This document shows positions 1 to 10,511 of a DNA stretch of 64,000 bases, piece after piece. The notes beneath the pieces were generated by a model. The model was not told the DNA's origin. It saw nothing but the letters and a program-made list of their open reading frames with translations, and made no database searches. Position numbers and translations under genes: made by a program. The stretch is from Candidatus Moranbacteria bacterium CG10_big_fil_rev_8_21_14_0_10_35_21 (lineage in GTDB: Bacteria > Patescibacteriota > Minisyncoccia > Moranbacterales > UBA2206), in the NCBI GenBank assembly GCA_002773095.1, contig PFCG01000018.1, positions 25,008-89,007 on the forward strand, in the 5' to 3' direction. Each line of letters opens with the position of its first letter. The first letter of the stretch is position 1.

Positions 1-663
1 GCCACTAAAATATCTTTTATTAATGAAATTGCCAATTTTTGTGAAAAAGTCGGAGGGAATGTTAAGGAAATTTCCAAAGGAATGGGTCTGGATTCTCGCG
101 TAGGCAATCGCTTTCTTCAAGCCGGAATCGGCTATGGTGGTTCTTGTTTTCCTAAGGACATAAAGGCTCTGATTCACACCGGCAAACAAAATGACTATGT
201 CTTTGAAATTGTGACTGCCGTGGATAAAGTAAACCAAAAACAAAAATTAAAAGCTTTTGAAATTTTAAAAAAGCAACTAAGAACCTTGAGAGGTAAAAAT
301 ATTACTCTCTGGGGACTAAGTTTCAAACCACGTACTGATGATATCCGAGAAGCTCCAGCTTTAGATACGATTGAAAATATTTTAGCCTTAGGAGGAAATG
401 TTTTAGCCTTTGATCCGGTGGCGGAAGCCAATATGAAAAAGGTTTTTTCTTCTAAAAAAATAAAATACTACCCTAATCCATATAGCGCTTTAAAAAATTC
501 AGATGTATTAATTATAATGACCGAGTGGGACGAATTTCGCAATCCAGATTATCCGAAAATGACAAAATTAATGAGAGGGAAAATAATTATTGACGGACGA
601 AATATTTTGGATAAAACTGAATCGGAAAGTGAAGGATTTAGGTATTTTGGAATAGGAGTATAA
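1..663 (+). CDS. ugd: UDP-glucose 6-dehydrogenase, C-terminal part; the gene begins upstream of the window
   Basis: The frame is open from nucleotide 1 (ATKISFINEIANFCEKVGGNVKEISKGMGLDSR...). The catalytic-Cys motif GIGYGGSCFPKDIKAL of the UDP-glucose/GDP-mannose dehydrogenase family is present, as is the C-terminal UDP-binding domain. Confidence 0.8.
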   Translation, partial: ATKISFINEIANFCEKVGGNVKEISKGMGLDSRVGNRFLQAGIGYGGSCFPKDIKALIHTGKQNDYVFEIVTAVDKVNQKQKLKAFEILKKQLRTLRGKNITLWGLSFKPRTDDIREAPALDTIENILALGGNVLAFDPVAEANMKKVFSSKKIKYYPNPYSALKNSDVLIIMTEWDEFRNPDYPKMTKLMRGKIIIDGRNILDKTESESEGFRYFGIGV

Positions 664-723
664 CTCCATGAAACATAAAGCATATAGCATGTAACAAAAT
701 TAAAAATTGCATGCAAGTGTTAT

Positions 724-1905
724 ATGTTTCATGTTATATGTTACATGATTAGAATTTTATTCTTTAATTACGAGTATCCACCTTTAGGCGGGGGAGCGGG
801 CAATGCTACTGCCTATATTTTCAAAGAATTTGCTAAAATTCCCGATTTGGAAGTTGACTTAATAACTTCTTCCATCAATTCCGAATATCATTTGGAAAAA
901 ATCGGATCCAACATTACTATTCATCGCTTACCCATTGGTAAAGACAAAAACAATCTCCATTTCCAATCGCAAAAAGATCTTTTAATTTATTCTTGGAAAG
1001 CTTACCATTTTTCCCTCAAACTGGCGCGTCAAAATAAATACGATTTAACTCATGCTTTTTTTTCTATTCCTTGTGGCTATTTGGCTCAACGTCTAAGAAA
1101 AAGGTTTGAAATCCCCTATATAGTTTCCCTGAGGGGAGCGGACGTCCCTGGTTATTCAGAAAGATTTTCCTTGGTTTATAAACTTTTTACTCCTTTAATA
1201 AAAACTATTTGGAAGGATGCTTCCCGAATAGTTTCCAATAGTGAGGGTTTGAAAAAATTGGCTGAAAAAACCGAAAAAGTTAAATCTATCAGCGTAGTTT
1301 ATAATGGCATTGATACTCAAGAATTTTATCCTCTCAAAAATAATATTCGTAATGAAAATATTTTTAAAATTATTTGTGTTTCTCGCATTACACCTAGAAA
1401 AGGCATCCGTTATCTTATAGAAGCAGTAAAAATTTTAAGAGAAAAATACCCTCAAATTAGATTAGAAATAATCGGAGAGGGAAATGAAAAAGAAGAACTC
1501 ATTAAACTTTCCGCTCAATATAATCTTAGTGAACAAGTTGCTTTTCTGGGTTTAATTTCTCACAATCAACTGCCTCGCTACTACCAAAACGCCCATGTTT
1601 TTATTTTGCCATCCTTGAACGAAGGTATGAGCAACACTATGCTGGAAGCCATTGCCAGTGGCTTACCCATTATCGCTACCGATACCGGCGGAACCAAAGA
1701 ATTAGTTTCAGATGCAGAAAATGGCTTTATTATAAAAATGAAAGATCCAGATGATTTGGTCAAAAAACTAGAAATAATGATCAATAATCAAAAATTAAGA
1801 GAAACAATGTCAATTAAGAGTCGCCAACTATCGGAAAATTTTAGTTGGCAAAAAGTAACTCAAAAGTATTATAAAATTTATAACGATGTCATCGCCGACT
1901 TCTAA
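724..1905 (+). CDS. GT4-family glycosyltransferase (glycosyl transferase group 1)
   Basis: N-terminus YPPLGGGAGNA. C-terminal E-x7-E region EGMSNTMLEAIASGLPIIATDTGGTKELV. The start may instead be the ATG at 745. Confidence 0.8.
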   Translation: MFHVICYMIRILFFNYEYPPLGGGAGNATAYIFKEFAKIPDLEVDLITSSINSEYHLEKIGSNITIHRLPIGKDKNNLHFQSQKDLLIYSWKAYHFSLKLARQNKYDLTHAFFSIPCGYLAQRLRKRFEIPYIVSLRGADVPGYSERFSLVYKLFTPLIKTIWKDASRIVSNSEGLKKLAEKTEKVKSISVVYNGIDTQEFYPLKNNIRNENIFKIICVSRITPRKGIRYLIEAVKILREKYPQIRLEIIGEGNEKEELIKLSAQYNLSEQVAFLGLISHNQLPRYYQNAHVFILPSLNEGMSNTMLEAIASGLPIIATDTGGTKELVSDAENGFIIKMKDPDDLVKKLEIMINNQKLRETMSIKSRQLSENFSWQKVTQKYYKIYNDVIADF

Positions 1906-2827
1906 AAAATATTTAAAAATTTTTATTAAACTAATCATCAGCTTAGGATTTTTAATTTGGGTTTTTTTGGATGTTAATTGGAATGAAATTTTTTTCTATC
2001 TACAAAAAATAAGTCTAGGCGAAATAATGGTTTATTTTTCAATCATCTTGCTAGGTATGTTTATTTCATCCTACAAATGGCAGATTTTGGCCCAATTTAG
2101 AGGTATTCAAAGTTCTTATTGGAATTTCTTTAAACTTTATTTAACCGGAACATTAATTAATAATGTCATGCCCTCTTTTGTCGGAGGAGATACTTACCGT
2201 GCCTATCAAATCGGAAAGCCAGAACAAAAATATACCGAAGCCGCTTCAAGCGTAGTAATGGATCGCATTACCGGATTTGTGGGAGCTACTATTTTGTCTT
2301 TTGTTTTTGCTTTTTTTAATTACAAAAGCGTTTTAAAGCACGATATTCTTATTTTGGCCAATGTGTTACTTCTTTTGTCTTTTGGAATTGATATTGCCCT
2401 AGCTAAGATGAGAAGAATAAATTTATTCAAAGATCGCGCTAAGCAAATTTTACCCTTAAAGTTTATTGCTTTCTTAAGAGATTTATCTAGCTATAACGGA
2501 AATTCTCGTATTCTTATTCGCTCCATTTTATGGGGGAGTGTTTTTTCTTTTATTGGAGTAGCCGTTTCCAATGGAATCCTTTTTTGGGCCTTGGGCATTA
2601 AAATGAATATGTTGGACTATCTTTCGGCTATTTTTCTGGTCAGTATTATTTCAGCTATCCCTATTAGTATTAATAATATCGGGGTTAAAGAGTGGGCCTA
2701 CGTCACCTTTTTCGGCGTTTTTGGAATTAGTAGTTCTCTAATTATAACCGTGGCTTTATTAAGCCGATTTTTGCAAATGATTTTGAGTTTCTCGGCCTTA
2801 CCAATTTATCTAAAAAATAAAGATTAA
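1886..2827 (+). CDS. Flippase-like polytopic membrane protein (lysylphosphatidylglycerol-synthase TM region / UPF0104 family)
   Basis: About eight predicted TM helices. Motif PSFVGGDTYRAYQIGK is typical of the LPG_synthase_TM family that accompanies GT2 and GT4 genes. Overlaps the previous gene by 20 nt. Confidence 0.55.
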   Translation: MSSPTSKKYLKIFIKLIISLGFLIWVFLDVNWNEIFFYLQKISLGEIMVYFSIILLGMFISSYKWQILAQFRGIQSSYWNFFKLYLTGTLINNVMPSFVGGDTYRAYQIGKPEQKYTEAASSVVMDRITGFVGATILSFVFAFFNYKSVLKHDILILANVLLLLSFGIDIALAKMRRINLFKDRAKQILPLKFIAFLRDLSSYNGNSRILIRSILWGSVFSFIGVAVSNGILFWALGIKMNMLDYLSAIFLVSIISAIPISINNIGVKEWAYVTFFGVFGISSSLIITVALLSRFLQMILSFSALPIYLKNKD

Positions 2828-3092
2828 TCAGTTTTTTCTTCGGATTTTATTATTTTGACAAAATTATCTGGTCTCCCTCCGATATTAATCTTCCAAACTG
2901 ATGGAAGAGTATAATAGTCGAGACTGCCCTTTTTTACTAGTTCTGGATAGCGCCATTCGAATTTATGACGAATTTCTCCTCGTCGACTTATGACAAGATA
3001 ATCTGGAATAGTTTTTGAAAGATCTATTTTATAATCTCTGATGCACTTTCCCTTGATGAATTGGCAGATGGCACTTCTATCAGACCAGATGA

Positions 3093-4723
3093 TTATTTTT
3101 CTGGATTAGGAAGAGAATTTAAATATTGTGCCGCTTCATATTCTCCATAGCCCCAAGCATCAGTTACGACGTATTTTTTTGGTAAAAGAAAACTTTCATA
3201 ATTTAAATAAAAAGGTTTTATTTTCCAAAGAGAAAAAATTCCCGAAAAAATAATGATTATTAAAAACATCCAAATATTATTTCTTTGAAATAATATTTTT
3301 TTAATTTTAGTTAGATTACTGAATTCATAAATTCCTACCGCTGCTAAGAAAGCATAAAGAGGATAGAGGATAATACTGTATCTTGGATTAGCTAACACGC
3401 CGGAAAATAGGGTAGCCACAAAATATAATAAAGTAAAAAAGGTAATAATAAAAACCGGGAGTTGATATTGCTCTAACTTTCCAAATAGCATTTTTCCCCA
3501 GAGAAATAAGATAGCCATTATTATAATTGGGGTTAGAGAAAAAAGAAACGGCTGAATTTCAATAGCTACTTTGGTTATTAATTTTAAAATTGGATTATAG
3601 TCCGCCAACATTGGAAAGATAAGATCCTTATCAATAAAAGCTTCCTCTTTCACATCACTAAGGGGAACTATGGGATTTTTTAGATAAGGATTGATCAATA
3701 TAAATATAAAAAAACCCAATAAAACGAAAGCGGTTATTTTGAAAATAATCTGTTTATTTTTGCTAAAAAATTTAGCCATAGTTTCTATGACTCTGCTTTT
3801 TAATAAAAGCGCATCGGACAATAATATTCCTAAAAATGCGATTATTATGGAAAAGATTGATTCAAGAGCTGGCGAACCAATAGTTCCCCTATAAAGATAT
3901 TTAATTTTAATAAAGACCGCCGGCATAAACAGACTGAAAATAGCCACCGACGCAAGCGTAATTATCAAAAAATATTTTAACTGTTTCAATATATATTCTT
4001 TCACGCCCTGCTTATCTTTTATCGCCGAAAAATTAATCACTAAATCAGAAAAAAACATTAATATGAAGAGCGGAAAAAGAATATTAGCGGTGTATTTGGA
4101 GAGCAAACTAGCTCCCAAAAATAGGGCAGTTAATCTAATAAATTTACGCTCATCGGTTTTGAGAAGTGCAAAATAAGAAAAAATTGAAGCTGAAGAAAAA
4201 ACCCAAAAAAGAGCATCAGGGTTTATAATTTGTGACATACCCACTAAAATCGGGGAAAGCGCCATGAATACCATTGTTAATAACGCTAGCCAATCATTAT
4301 CTGTAATTTTTTTAATTATCCAAAAGAAAAAACTAAAAATAGAGCATTGAAAAGCAATATAGGAAAACGAAGAGAAAAATTTATTTTGTCTGTCTTATTT
4401 GAGTCATAAACCGTATAATTTTCATTTTCAGTAATTTTTGAATCGCGTATGCGATGTTCTTCTGGATTCGGCTCAGCCAATAGCCCTACACCCGAAATCA
4501 AGGCCACTGATACCCCCGGCTTATCATTAATATAGGTCTTTTTCCAATTTTGATTTTTTAGAGCTTCCCAATATTGTGGAACACGTTCACCTTTCCAAAA
4601 ATGTTCATCCACCGTTTCAAACTTCTCCAAATGATATAATCCAAAAACAAAAAATAAGATTGCTGACAAAAAAACAAACCCATAAATTACTACCTGCTGT
4701 TTTTTGGGATTTTTTAAAATCAC
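3093..4723 (-). pseudogene. PMT/ArnT-like GT-C glycosyltransferase paralog, split into two ORFs (4316..4723 and 3093..4274) by a frameshift in a poly-T tract
   Basis: The upstream ORF carries TM1 plus the loop-1 TVDEHFW (DE motif) and DKPGVSVALISGVGLL. The downstream ORF carries ALSPILVGMSQIINPDALFW. Both parts are collinear with the intact neighbour at 4736..7084. The frames meet at about 4322..4332 inside the coding-strand run TTTTTTCTTTT. Confidence 0.55.
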
Positions 4724-4735
4724 GGAATTTTATTA

Positions 4736-7084
4736 TTATTTTATATAACTAATATCAATATCTTCGGCTCTTATTATTTTAATATAATTACTTTTGCGAT
4801 TGCCTAAATTTATTTGATATTCCGGCTTTTCATAATCATAGAGCTTGTCAAAACGAACCAAATATTCTGCGTTATTATTTACTTTATTTAAAATATCACG
4901 AGTATTTTTAGCTCTTCTTCCCACTGAAACAACATAATAATCAAACTTTGTTTTATTGAGCATAAGTTTTTTGAAATCCATACTGACAGAGCAATTTCCT
5001 ATAAAAAATTCGCAAACCCCACTCTTGTCAGACCAGATGTTTAATTTATAGGCCTCAGGAATTTTATTGAGATATTCTGCCGCTTCATAGGATCCATCAC
5101 CCATATCCTTCAGGTTAAGCACATATTTTTCCGGAAGCAAAGAAATAGCGTAGCTAAAATATAAGGAATTTAATTTAAACAAAGAAACCAAGCTGACAAT
5201 TATAATTAGAGTTGCTAAAATAATTTCTTTTTTTGAATATTTTAGATATTTATTCATCCAAAGAAGAAAATTTTCTATTCCCATAGCAGACAAAATAAAA
5301 ATCAATGGATAAATAATGATTTGATAGCGAACAGTGGCGCCGACATGACTAACGGTGGAAGCAAAATAATAAAAAAGTGTAAAAGTAATTAAATAAATGG
5401 CTACCCTTAACTTTTCCGAAATCAGGTTATTTTTTTTGAGAATAAACATACCATAAAAAATCACCGAAGTTAAGACCAGCGGAGAAATTCCGAAGATCAA
5501 GGGATAAAAATTAGCTGAAAAAATCCCTAGAAAGCCATTTTTAGAATAGGCAGACTTTGGAGAGGCTAAAATTTCTTCAAAAGGAATAAAATGCATTCCG
5601 GAGTAAGTATTAAACAACGCCCAACCGATCCCCAACAAAAAAGAGAACGTGATTAAATAACCAAGTTCATACTTAATTTCTTCTAATTTATTAAAAGCCC
5701 ATTCAAAACCACGACTTTTAAAAATTATATAATCCGCTATAAGAAAAATAATAATACCCACGAAGATAGGCCAATTTTTTTCAAAGGCTTCACTATATAT
5801 CGTGGCAATTAATAATCTCTTCGGTTTCAACCAAACAGCCGGATAAAGAATATAGAAAAACGATAGCGCTATGAAAACAATGGAACCAAAATCAATTAAA
5901 GATTTTTTTATATAGGCTTGAATTTTTTCTGTATTATTTTTATTAAAAATATATTCTAAGAATATCATTCCGAGAAAAAAGGCTACTAAAATATTAGAAA
6001 CATATTTCGTCAAAAGAGACAACCCTAAAAACAATCCAGTTAGAAAAATATATAGTAGCTTACGATTTTTTAGAAAATTTAAGTGAGCCAGAAAAGATAA
6101 TGGTAAAAACAGCCAAAGTAAAGCGTCAGGATTTATCATACGTGACATTCCTAATAGAATAGGGGATAATCCTATAAATAGATATGAAAAGAGAGCTACC
6201 GTTTTTCCCAAAAGCCTTTCCGTCAAAAAATAAAATAATGGTAATGAGAAAACGATAAAAATAAAAAGTGGCACCCTCATGGCTCGATTAAGGTTCTCCA
6301 AATTTTTAGGATTTGAATAAATAAATCCTTGCCATTTTATAGATTTATATTCTTTGGGATTTTCCCAAAGAAGGCCAACACCAGAAAGATAGGCCACCGT
6401 TGTTCCGGGCTTATCACTCACACGAGTATTTAGCCAATCTTTTTCGGCTATATTTTTCCAAAATTTAGGAATACGTTTATAGAGCCAAAGTGGCTCATCG
6501 ACTAAAGCTTGTTTTTCTATATTATGAAATCCAAAGCTGAAAAAAATCGAGGTTATTATGGTCACCAAAAATAGATAAACCCACCCTTGCTGTTTAATCC
6601 ATTCCTTTATATTTATTTTCTTTTCGGAGCTTCGTATATTTTTAAAATAATATTTTCCCAAAATAAAAGCGCCTATTAAGATTATATAAACTCCTACTCC
6701 TAGGTGAATAAGATTGTTAAACTCTCCCTTGATTGAAATTCCCCATAAAAAAATTATTTCGGATGGTAGCCAAATAAGTATTACTGTGAAGATGTTATGT
6801 TTTATTTTACCCCATTTGGTATTGAAAAAAAGAAAAATTCCTATCCCTACGCAAAATAAGATAAAGAAAATTCCATAAATAACCTTATTGGAAATAATTG
6901 TCTCCGGTCCTAAAAAATGAGCTTTATTTTGAACATACATTATTGAGAGAACAGCCAAAAGGAAAGAAATTAAAAAATATAATTTTTTTTCTAAGATAAC
7001 TCCATATAGCTTATCGAGTAGTTTCATACAGATATATACAATATTACTTTTTTTTATTATAATATATATAAGCTCTATGTTCAA
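4736..7084 (-). CDS. PMT/ArnT-like GT-C fold membrane glycosyltransferase (GT39/GT83-like, PMT_2 type) with an extra N-terminal TM bundle
   Basis: Loop-1 ALVDEPLW (DE motif), DKPGTTVAYLSGVGLL, GLSPILLGMSRMINPDALLW, more than 12 TM helices and a C-terminal soluble domain. The start is more likely at 7027 (MKLLDKLY), which removes the overlap with the divergent gene. Confidence 0.7.
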   Translation of the reverse strand: MNIELIYIIIKKSNIVYICMKLLDKLYGVILEKKLYFLISFLLAVLSIMYVQNKAHFLGPETIISNKVIYGIFFILFCVGIGIFLFFNTKWGKIKHNIFTVILIWLPSEIIFLWGISIKGEFNNLIHLGVGVYIILIGAFILGKYYFKNIRSSEKKINIKEWIKQQGWVYLFLVTIITSIFFSFGFHNIEKQALVDEPLWLYKRIPKFWKNIAEKDWLNTRVSDKPGTTVAYLSGVGLLWENPKEYKSIKWQGFIYSNPKNLENLNRAMRVPLFIFIVFSLPLFYFLTERLLGKTVALFSYLFIGLSPILLGMSRMINPDALLWLFLPLSFLAHLNFLKNRKLLYIFLTGLFLGLSLLTKYVSNILVAFFLGMIFLEYIFNKNNTEKIQAYIKKSLIDFGSIVFIALSFFYILYPAVWLKPKRLLIATIYSEAFEKNWPIFVGIIIFLIADYIIFKSRGFEWAFNKLEEIKYELGYLITFSFLLGIGWALFNTYSGMHFIPFEEILASPKSAYSKNGFLGIFSANFYPLIFGISPLVLTSVIFYGMFILKKNNLISEKLRVAIYLITFTLFYYFASTVSHVGATVRYQIIIYPLIFILSAMGIENFLLWMNKYLKYSKKEIILATLIIIVSLVSLFKLNSLYFSYAISLLPEKYVLNLKDMGDGSYEAAEYLNKIPEAYKLNIWSDKSGVCEFFIGNCSVSMDFKKLMLNKTKFDYYVVSVGRRAKNTRDILNKVNNNAEYLVRFDKLYDYEKPEYQINLGNRKSNYIKIIRAEDIDISYIK

Positions 7085-8852
7085 CTTTATTGAAAAACTG
7101 ACCAGAAATAAAATATACCTAGTCGCCTTTGTTATTATTATTTTAATCGGCGCTTTTTTGCGTTCTTATCATTTCTCAGACTGGCTTCATTTTGAGATGG
7201 ATCAATCCCGAGACGCTAAAATTATATCTTTTGTAGTGGAAAATGGCATAGATAACCTTCCTTTATTAGGACCGCGAGCAGGAGGAACATTTTTACGACT
7301 AGGCCCAATTTTTTATTATATGGAATATGCTAGTGCGCTTGTTTTTGGAAACACGCCATCTGGCATGGCAGTTTTCAACCTAATTCTGGGAATAGCGGCT
7401 ATTCCAATTTTTTATTTTTTTTGCTTACGCTATTTCAGAAAAAAAATAGCTTTATCGCTAACATTGCTTTTTTCCGTTTCTCTTTTTATGGTACTGCATT
7501 CGCGCTTTGCTTGGAATCCTAATCCCTTAATGTTCTTTTCAATTTTAACTTTCTATGCGTTACTTCGCACAGTTGATCGTGAAGAAAAAAGAAAGGGCTT
7601 GTGGCTAGCCCTTAGTGTTCTTGCGTTAACAGTGAGTACTCAGCTTCATTTTTTAGCTTTTGTTTCTTATCCAATTATTTTTCTTATATTTCTACTTATC
7701 AAGCGTCCAAAAATTACGTGGAAATTTTGGATTATTTCTACCATAATAGTTTTATTTTTATATACGCCCTTTATTATAAATGAAATAAAAACAAAGGGAG
7801 CTAATTATGAAGAATTTATTGAAGCAGTTTCATGGAAATCATCCAAAAGCAAACGAACTTTTCCAGAAAAAATTCTCAGAGCCTATGAAGAAATTTCAGT
7901 GGGAAATTTTCTGATATTAAGTGGATCGGAAAATAATAATTTTTATCAAATTAAAAAGGTTAATCTTCCGGAAATCAAAGCTGGTTGCCCATCAAATTGT
8001 CGAAAGGCGATTTTATGGGGCATATTTCCTTTGTTTTTGTTTTTCGCATCCCTTATACTTTTTTTCAAAAGTCTAATTTCCGAAAAAGATCACAAAAGAA
8101 AAGACTTCTTGATCCTTGGGCTCTTTTGGTTTGGGCTGGTCTACTTAGTTCTTCTTTCACTGGCATTTGACATCTCGCCACGATTTTTTCTTCTAGCTGT
8201 ACCAGCGCCTTTTATTTTTTTGGGAATAGTTCTAGATTTTTTAGACAAAAAAATAAAATATGGAAAATGGGTTTGGATACTTTTAATTTTATTTTTAACT
8301 ATTAGTAACCTCAAATATACCAAGGAACGTTTTTGGCAATTGGAAAACACTCCTCGAGAATCTTTTAAGCCTACGTCCGACAGAATATTAAAAGAAAAAA
8401 ATAGAGTTACTCTGGAACAACAACTGATGATAATTGATTACGTCAAAGAAATTTATCAAAAAAATAAATACCCTGTGTATATCAATAGTGATGCCTATTA
8501 CAGAAGATCGTTTTTATATCATTTAGAGCAAATCAAAATACCAAGAGATGACTTTCGAGATGTTAAAATATATGAAAAAGGTAATTATTTTCTGATTTAT
8601 CCTACCCTTTCTAATTTTGATAAAGATATCGAAAAATATAATGTAGACTATAATCTTATTGAAAAAAAACAATTCGGAACGCTGCTAGTTTTACGTCTTA
8701 TTCCAAAACCAGAATCCATTCAGGCGATAATTCAGGAATTTAATGAAGAAAAAAATATCAGTACGGGCATTAATGTTCCCAAGCGCTATACCTGGGAAGA
8801 GCTATTTTCCGAAGAGACTGCGGGTGATAATGTTAATGAAGAAGATTTATAA
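7077..8852 (+). CDS. Polytopic membrane protein, probable GT-C-type glycosyltransferase (divergent PMT_2-like)
   Basis: TM1 is followed by an acidic loop HFEMDQSRDAKII. It has more than 10 TM helices and a C-terminal extracytoplasmic domain of about 200 aa, the same architecture as its neighbours. Confidence 0.45.
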   Translation: MFNFIEKLTRNKIYLVAFVIIILIGAFLRSYHFSDWLHFEMDQSRDAKIISFVVENGIDNLPLLGPRAGGTFLRLGPIFYYMEYASALVFGNTPSGMAVFNLILGIAAIPIFYFFCLRYFRKKIALSLTLLFSVSLFMVLHSRFAWNPNPLMFFSILTFYALLRTVDREEKRKGLWLALSVLALTVSTQLHFLAFVSYPIIFLIFLLIKRPKITWKFWIISTIIVLFLYTPFIINEIKTKGANYEEFIEAVSWKSSKSKRTFPEKILRAYEEISVGNFLILSGSENNNFYQIKKVNLPEIKAGCPSNCRKAILWGIFPLFLFFASLILFFKSLISEKDHKRKDFLILGLFWFGLVYLVLLSLAFDISPRFFLLAVPAPFIFLGIVLDFLDKKIKYGKWVWILLILFLTISNLKYTKERFWQLENTPRESFKPTSDRILKEKNRVTLEQQLMIIDYVKEIYQKNKYPVYINSDAYYRRSFLYHLEQIKIPRDDFRDVKIYEKGNYFLIYPTLSNFDKDIEKYNVDYNLIEKKQFGTLLVLRLIPKPESIQAIIQEFNEEKNISTGINVPKRYTWEELFSEETAGDNVNEEDL

Positions 8853-8872
8853 TTAGCTAATTTTTTAATTTT

Positions 8873-10453
8873 ATGGAATTTATCAAAAAAAATTTCTTAG
8901 TCATCTTTATCCTAATTTTACTTCTAGGCACGGCTTTGCGAGTGTATAATCTTTCTGGAACGTCTTTTTCGGCCGATGAATTTCTGGGCGTCAACACCGC
9001 CTACGGCTATGCTAAAACAGGCGAGTGGAGGCGCTGGGATTTTAATCTCAATAAATTATCCGAAGACCGATCTTATGCCTATACCATCTTTGACTTTGGA
9101 AACAAAAAAGACGCGGAAGAAGGTAACTATATCCGTGCTTGGATGTATAACGGTCAAATTGCAAAAGTTTTAAACTTTTTGCCAGCCTCCAAAGAATCAT
9201 CTTTTCGACTAGTCAGTGTCCTTTGGGGTATTGTTTCGCTCTTTTTATTGTATTTTATCGCAAAATTTTTCACCAAAAACAGAATTATTGGTCTTTTGAG
9301 CGCATTTTTGTTTGCCATTAGTATTTCAGGAATTATTTTTGACCGAAATATCAGAATGTATGCCATGCTTTTCCCATTCTATTTGATGTTTTCCTATTTA
9401 TTTTATCAATTCCTTGAGGGTGAGAAGAATTTTGGATACTCAATTATTGATAAATTGAAAAAAATAACTGGTCTTAATTTTGTTTACCTAATCCCTCTAG
9501 CGGTTATTGGATTGGTCAGTCTTCATCTGCATCTCCTTTCAGTTAATATTTTTCCGGTTGTTTTTGTTTATATCATAGCTAATGCGATTATTGAATTCAG
9601 AAAAACTGGAAAAAAGTTAAATCGCTATTCAAATTATATTATTCTTGCCGGTGCACTTTTTGTGATTTTCCTTCTGGCTTTTCCAAGACAATTTGCTCCA
9701 ATTTTAATGGGAATAGAATTTGAAAATCATTTCTCATATATTATTAGAGCCTTTTCGGATTATGCGAGCGCAATTCTAGCCTTTGGCACAATGATCTTAG
9801 GAATAATTTATCTCAATAAAAATCATAAAAAGGAATCACTGTTTTTGGTTTCATCACTTGTAGTGCCTTTTTTTCTCGCTATTTTTGTTTGGAATCGAAG
9901 TGTTGGTGATCAATACATATTTTTTATAAAATCCTTTTTAATTATTCTAATAGCTTCTGGAATTTATTTCTTGGCAGAATTTTTTGGAAAAACATTTTCT
10001 CAGAATAAACTAAAAATAGAACTAGCAACAATTATACTCGCCCTTATAATTATTCCCAACTATGCTTATTTTTTTCAGGAAAATAATACTTATCGTCAAA
10101 CTTCAAGCTCAGATAGCCCAAATTATAAAAAAGTTTTCGGATATTACTTAAAACATCAGCAAGATGGGGATGTTCTGGTGACTCGCTGGTTTAGAAATTA
10201 TTATTTTTCTGATGCTAATGCTAGGGTGGAAACTTTTGGTGGCGAAAGAGAGGATAAAGACATTAAAAAAATGACTGGGGAACGTTTGGCTGAAATTCAA
10301 AAAAACAACTCTTGCGGGTGGTTTATTTGGGCGGATAATGATGACGATTTTATCACGGCTGATGCTAAAGACTATGCTAGAAAGAATTTTGAGTTTATTA
10401 ATGACATCGCGGTGCGAGGCAAGATCACCGTTAATCATTGGTGTGATAAATAG
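8873..10453 (+). CDS. PMT/ArnT-like GT-C membrane glycosyltransferase
   Basis: TM1 is followed by the loop-1 FSADEFLGVNTAYGYAKTGEW (DE motif). It is polytopic and has a C-terminal soluble domain. Confidence 0.6.
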   Translation: MEFIKKNFLVIFILILLLGTALRVYNLSGTSFSADEFLGVNTAYGYAKTGEWRRWDFNLNKLSEDRSYAYTIFDFGNKKDAEEGNYIRAWMYNGQIAKVLNFLPASKESSFRLVSVLWGIVSLFLLYFIAKFFTKNRIIGLLSAFLFAISISGIIFDRNIRMYAMLFPFYLMFSYLFYQFLEGEKNFGYSIIDKLKKITGLNFVYLIPLAVIGLVSLHLHLLSVNIFPVVFVYIIANAIIEFRKTGKKLNRYSNYIILAGALFVIFLLAFPRQFAPILMGIEFENHFSYIIRAFSDYASAILAFGTMILGIIYLNKNHKKESLFLVSSLVVPFFLAIFVWNRSVGDQYIFFIKSFLIILIASGIYFLAEFFGKTFSQNKLKIELATIILALIIIPNYAYFFQENNTYRQTSSSDSPNYKKVFGYYLKHQQDGDVLVTRWFRNYYFSDANARVETFGGEREDKDIKKMTGERLAEIQKNNSCGWFIWADNDDDFITADAKDYARKNFEFINDIAVRGKITVNHWCDK

Positions 10454-10511
10454 TTACTAGCTAGCTAGTAGTTGGTAGTGAGTAGTTTGTAGTAAATTCA
10501 AATTATTTTTT

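Noticed and set aside
195-431. 78-aa ORF on the minus strand inside ugd
   Set aside because: It lies antisense within a well-supported conserved CDS and has no motif, so it is a spurious ORF.
7077-7084. Head-to-head 8-nt overlap of divergent start codons at 4736..7084 and 7077..8852
   Set aside because: Biologically implausible. The minus-strand gene more likely starts at the internal Met at 7027, so no real overlap exists.
8141-8350. Small minus-strand ORFs (69 to 96 aa) inside the GT-C genes, such as 8141..8350, 9154..9366 and 10148..10438
   Set aside because: They are antisense within long membrane-protein CDSs, are lysine- and arginine-rich from AT bias, and have no motifs.
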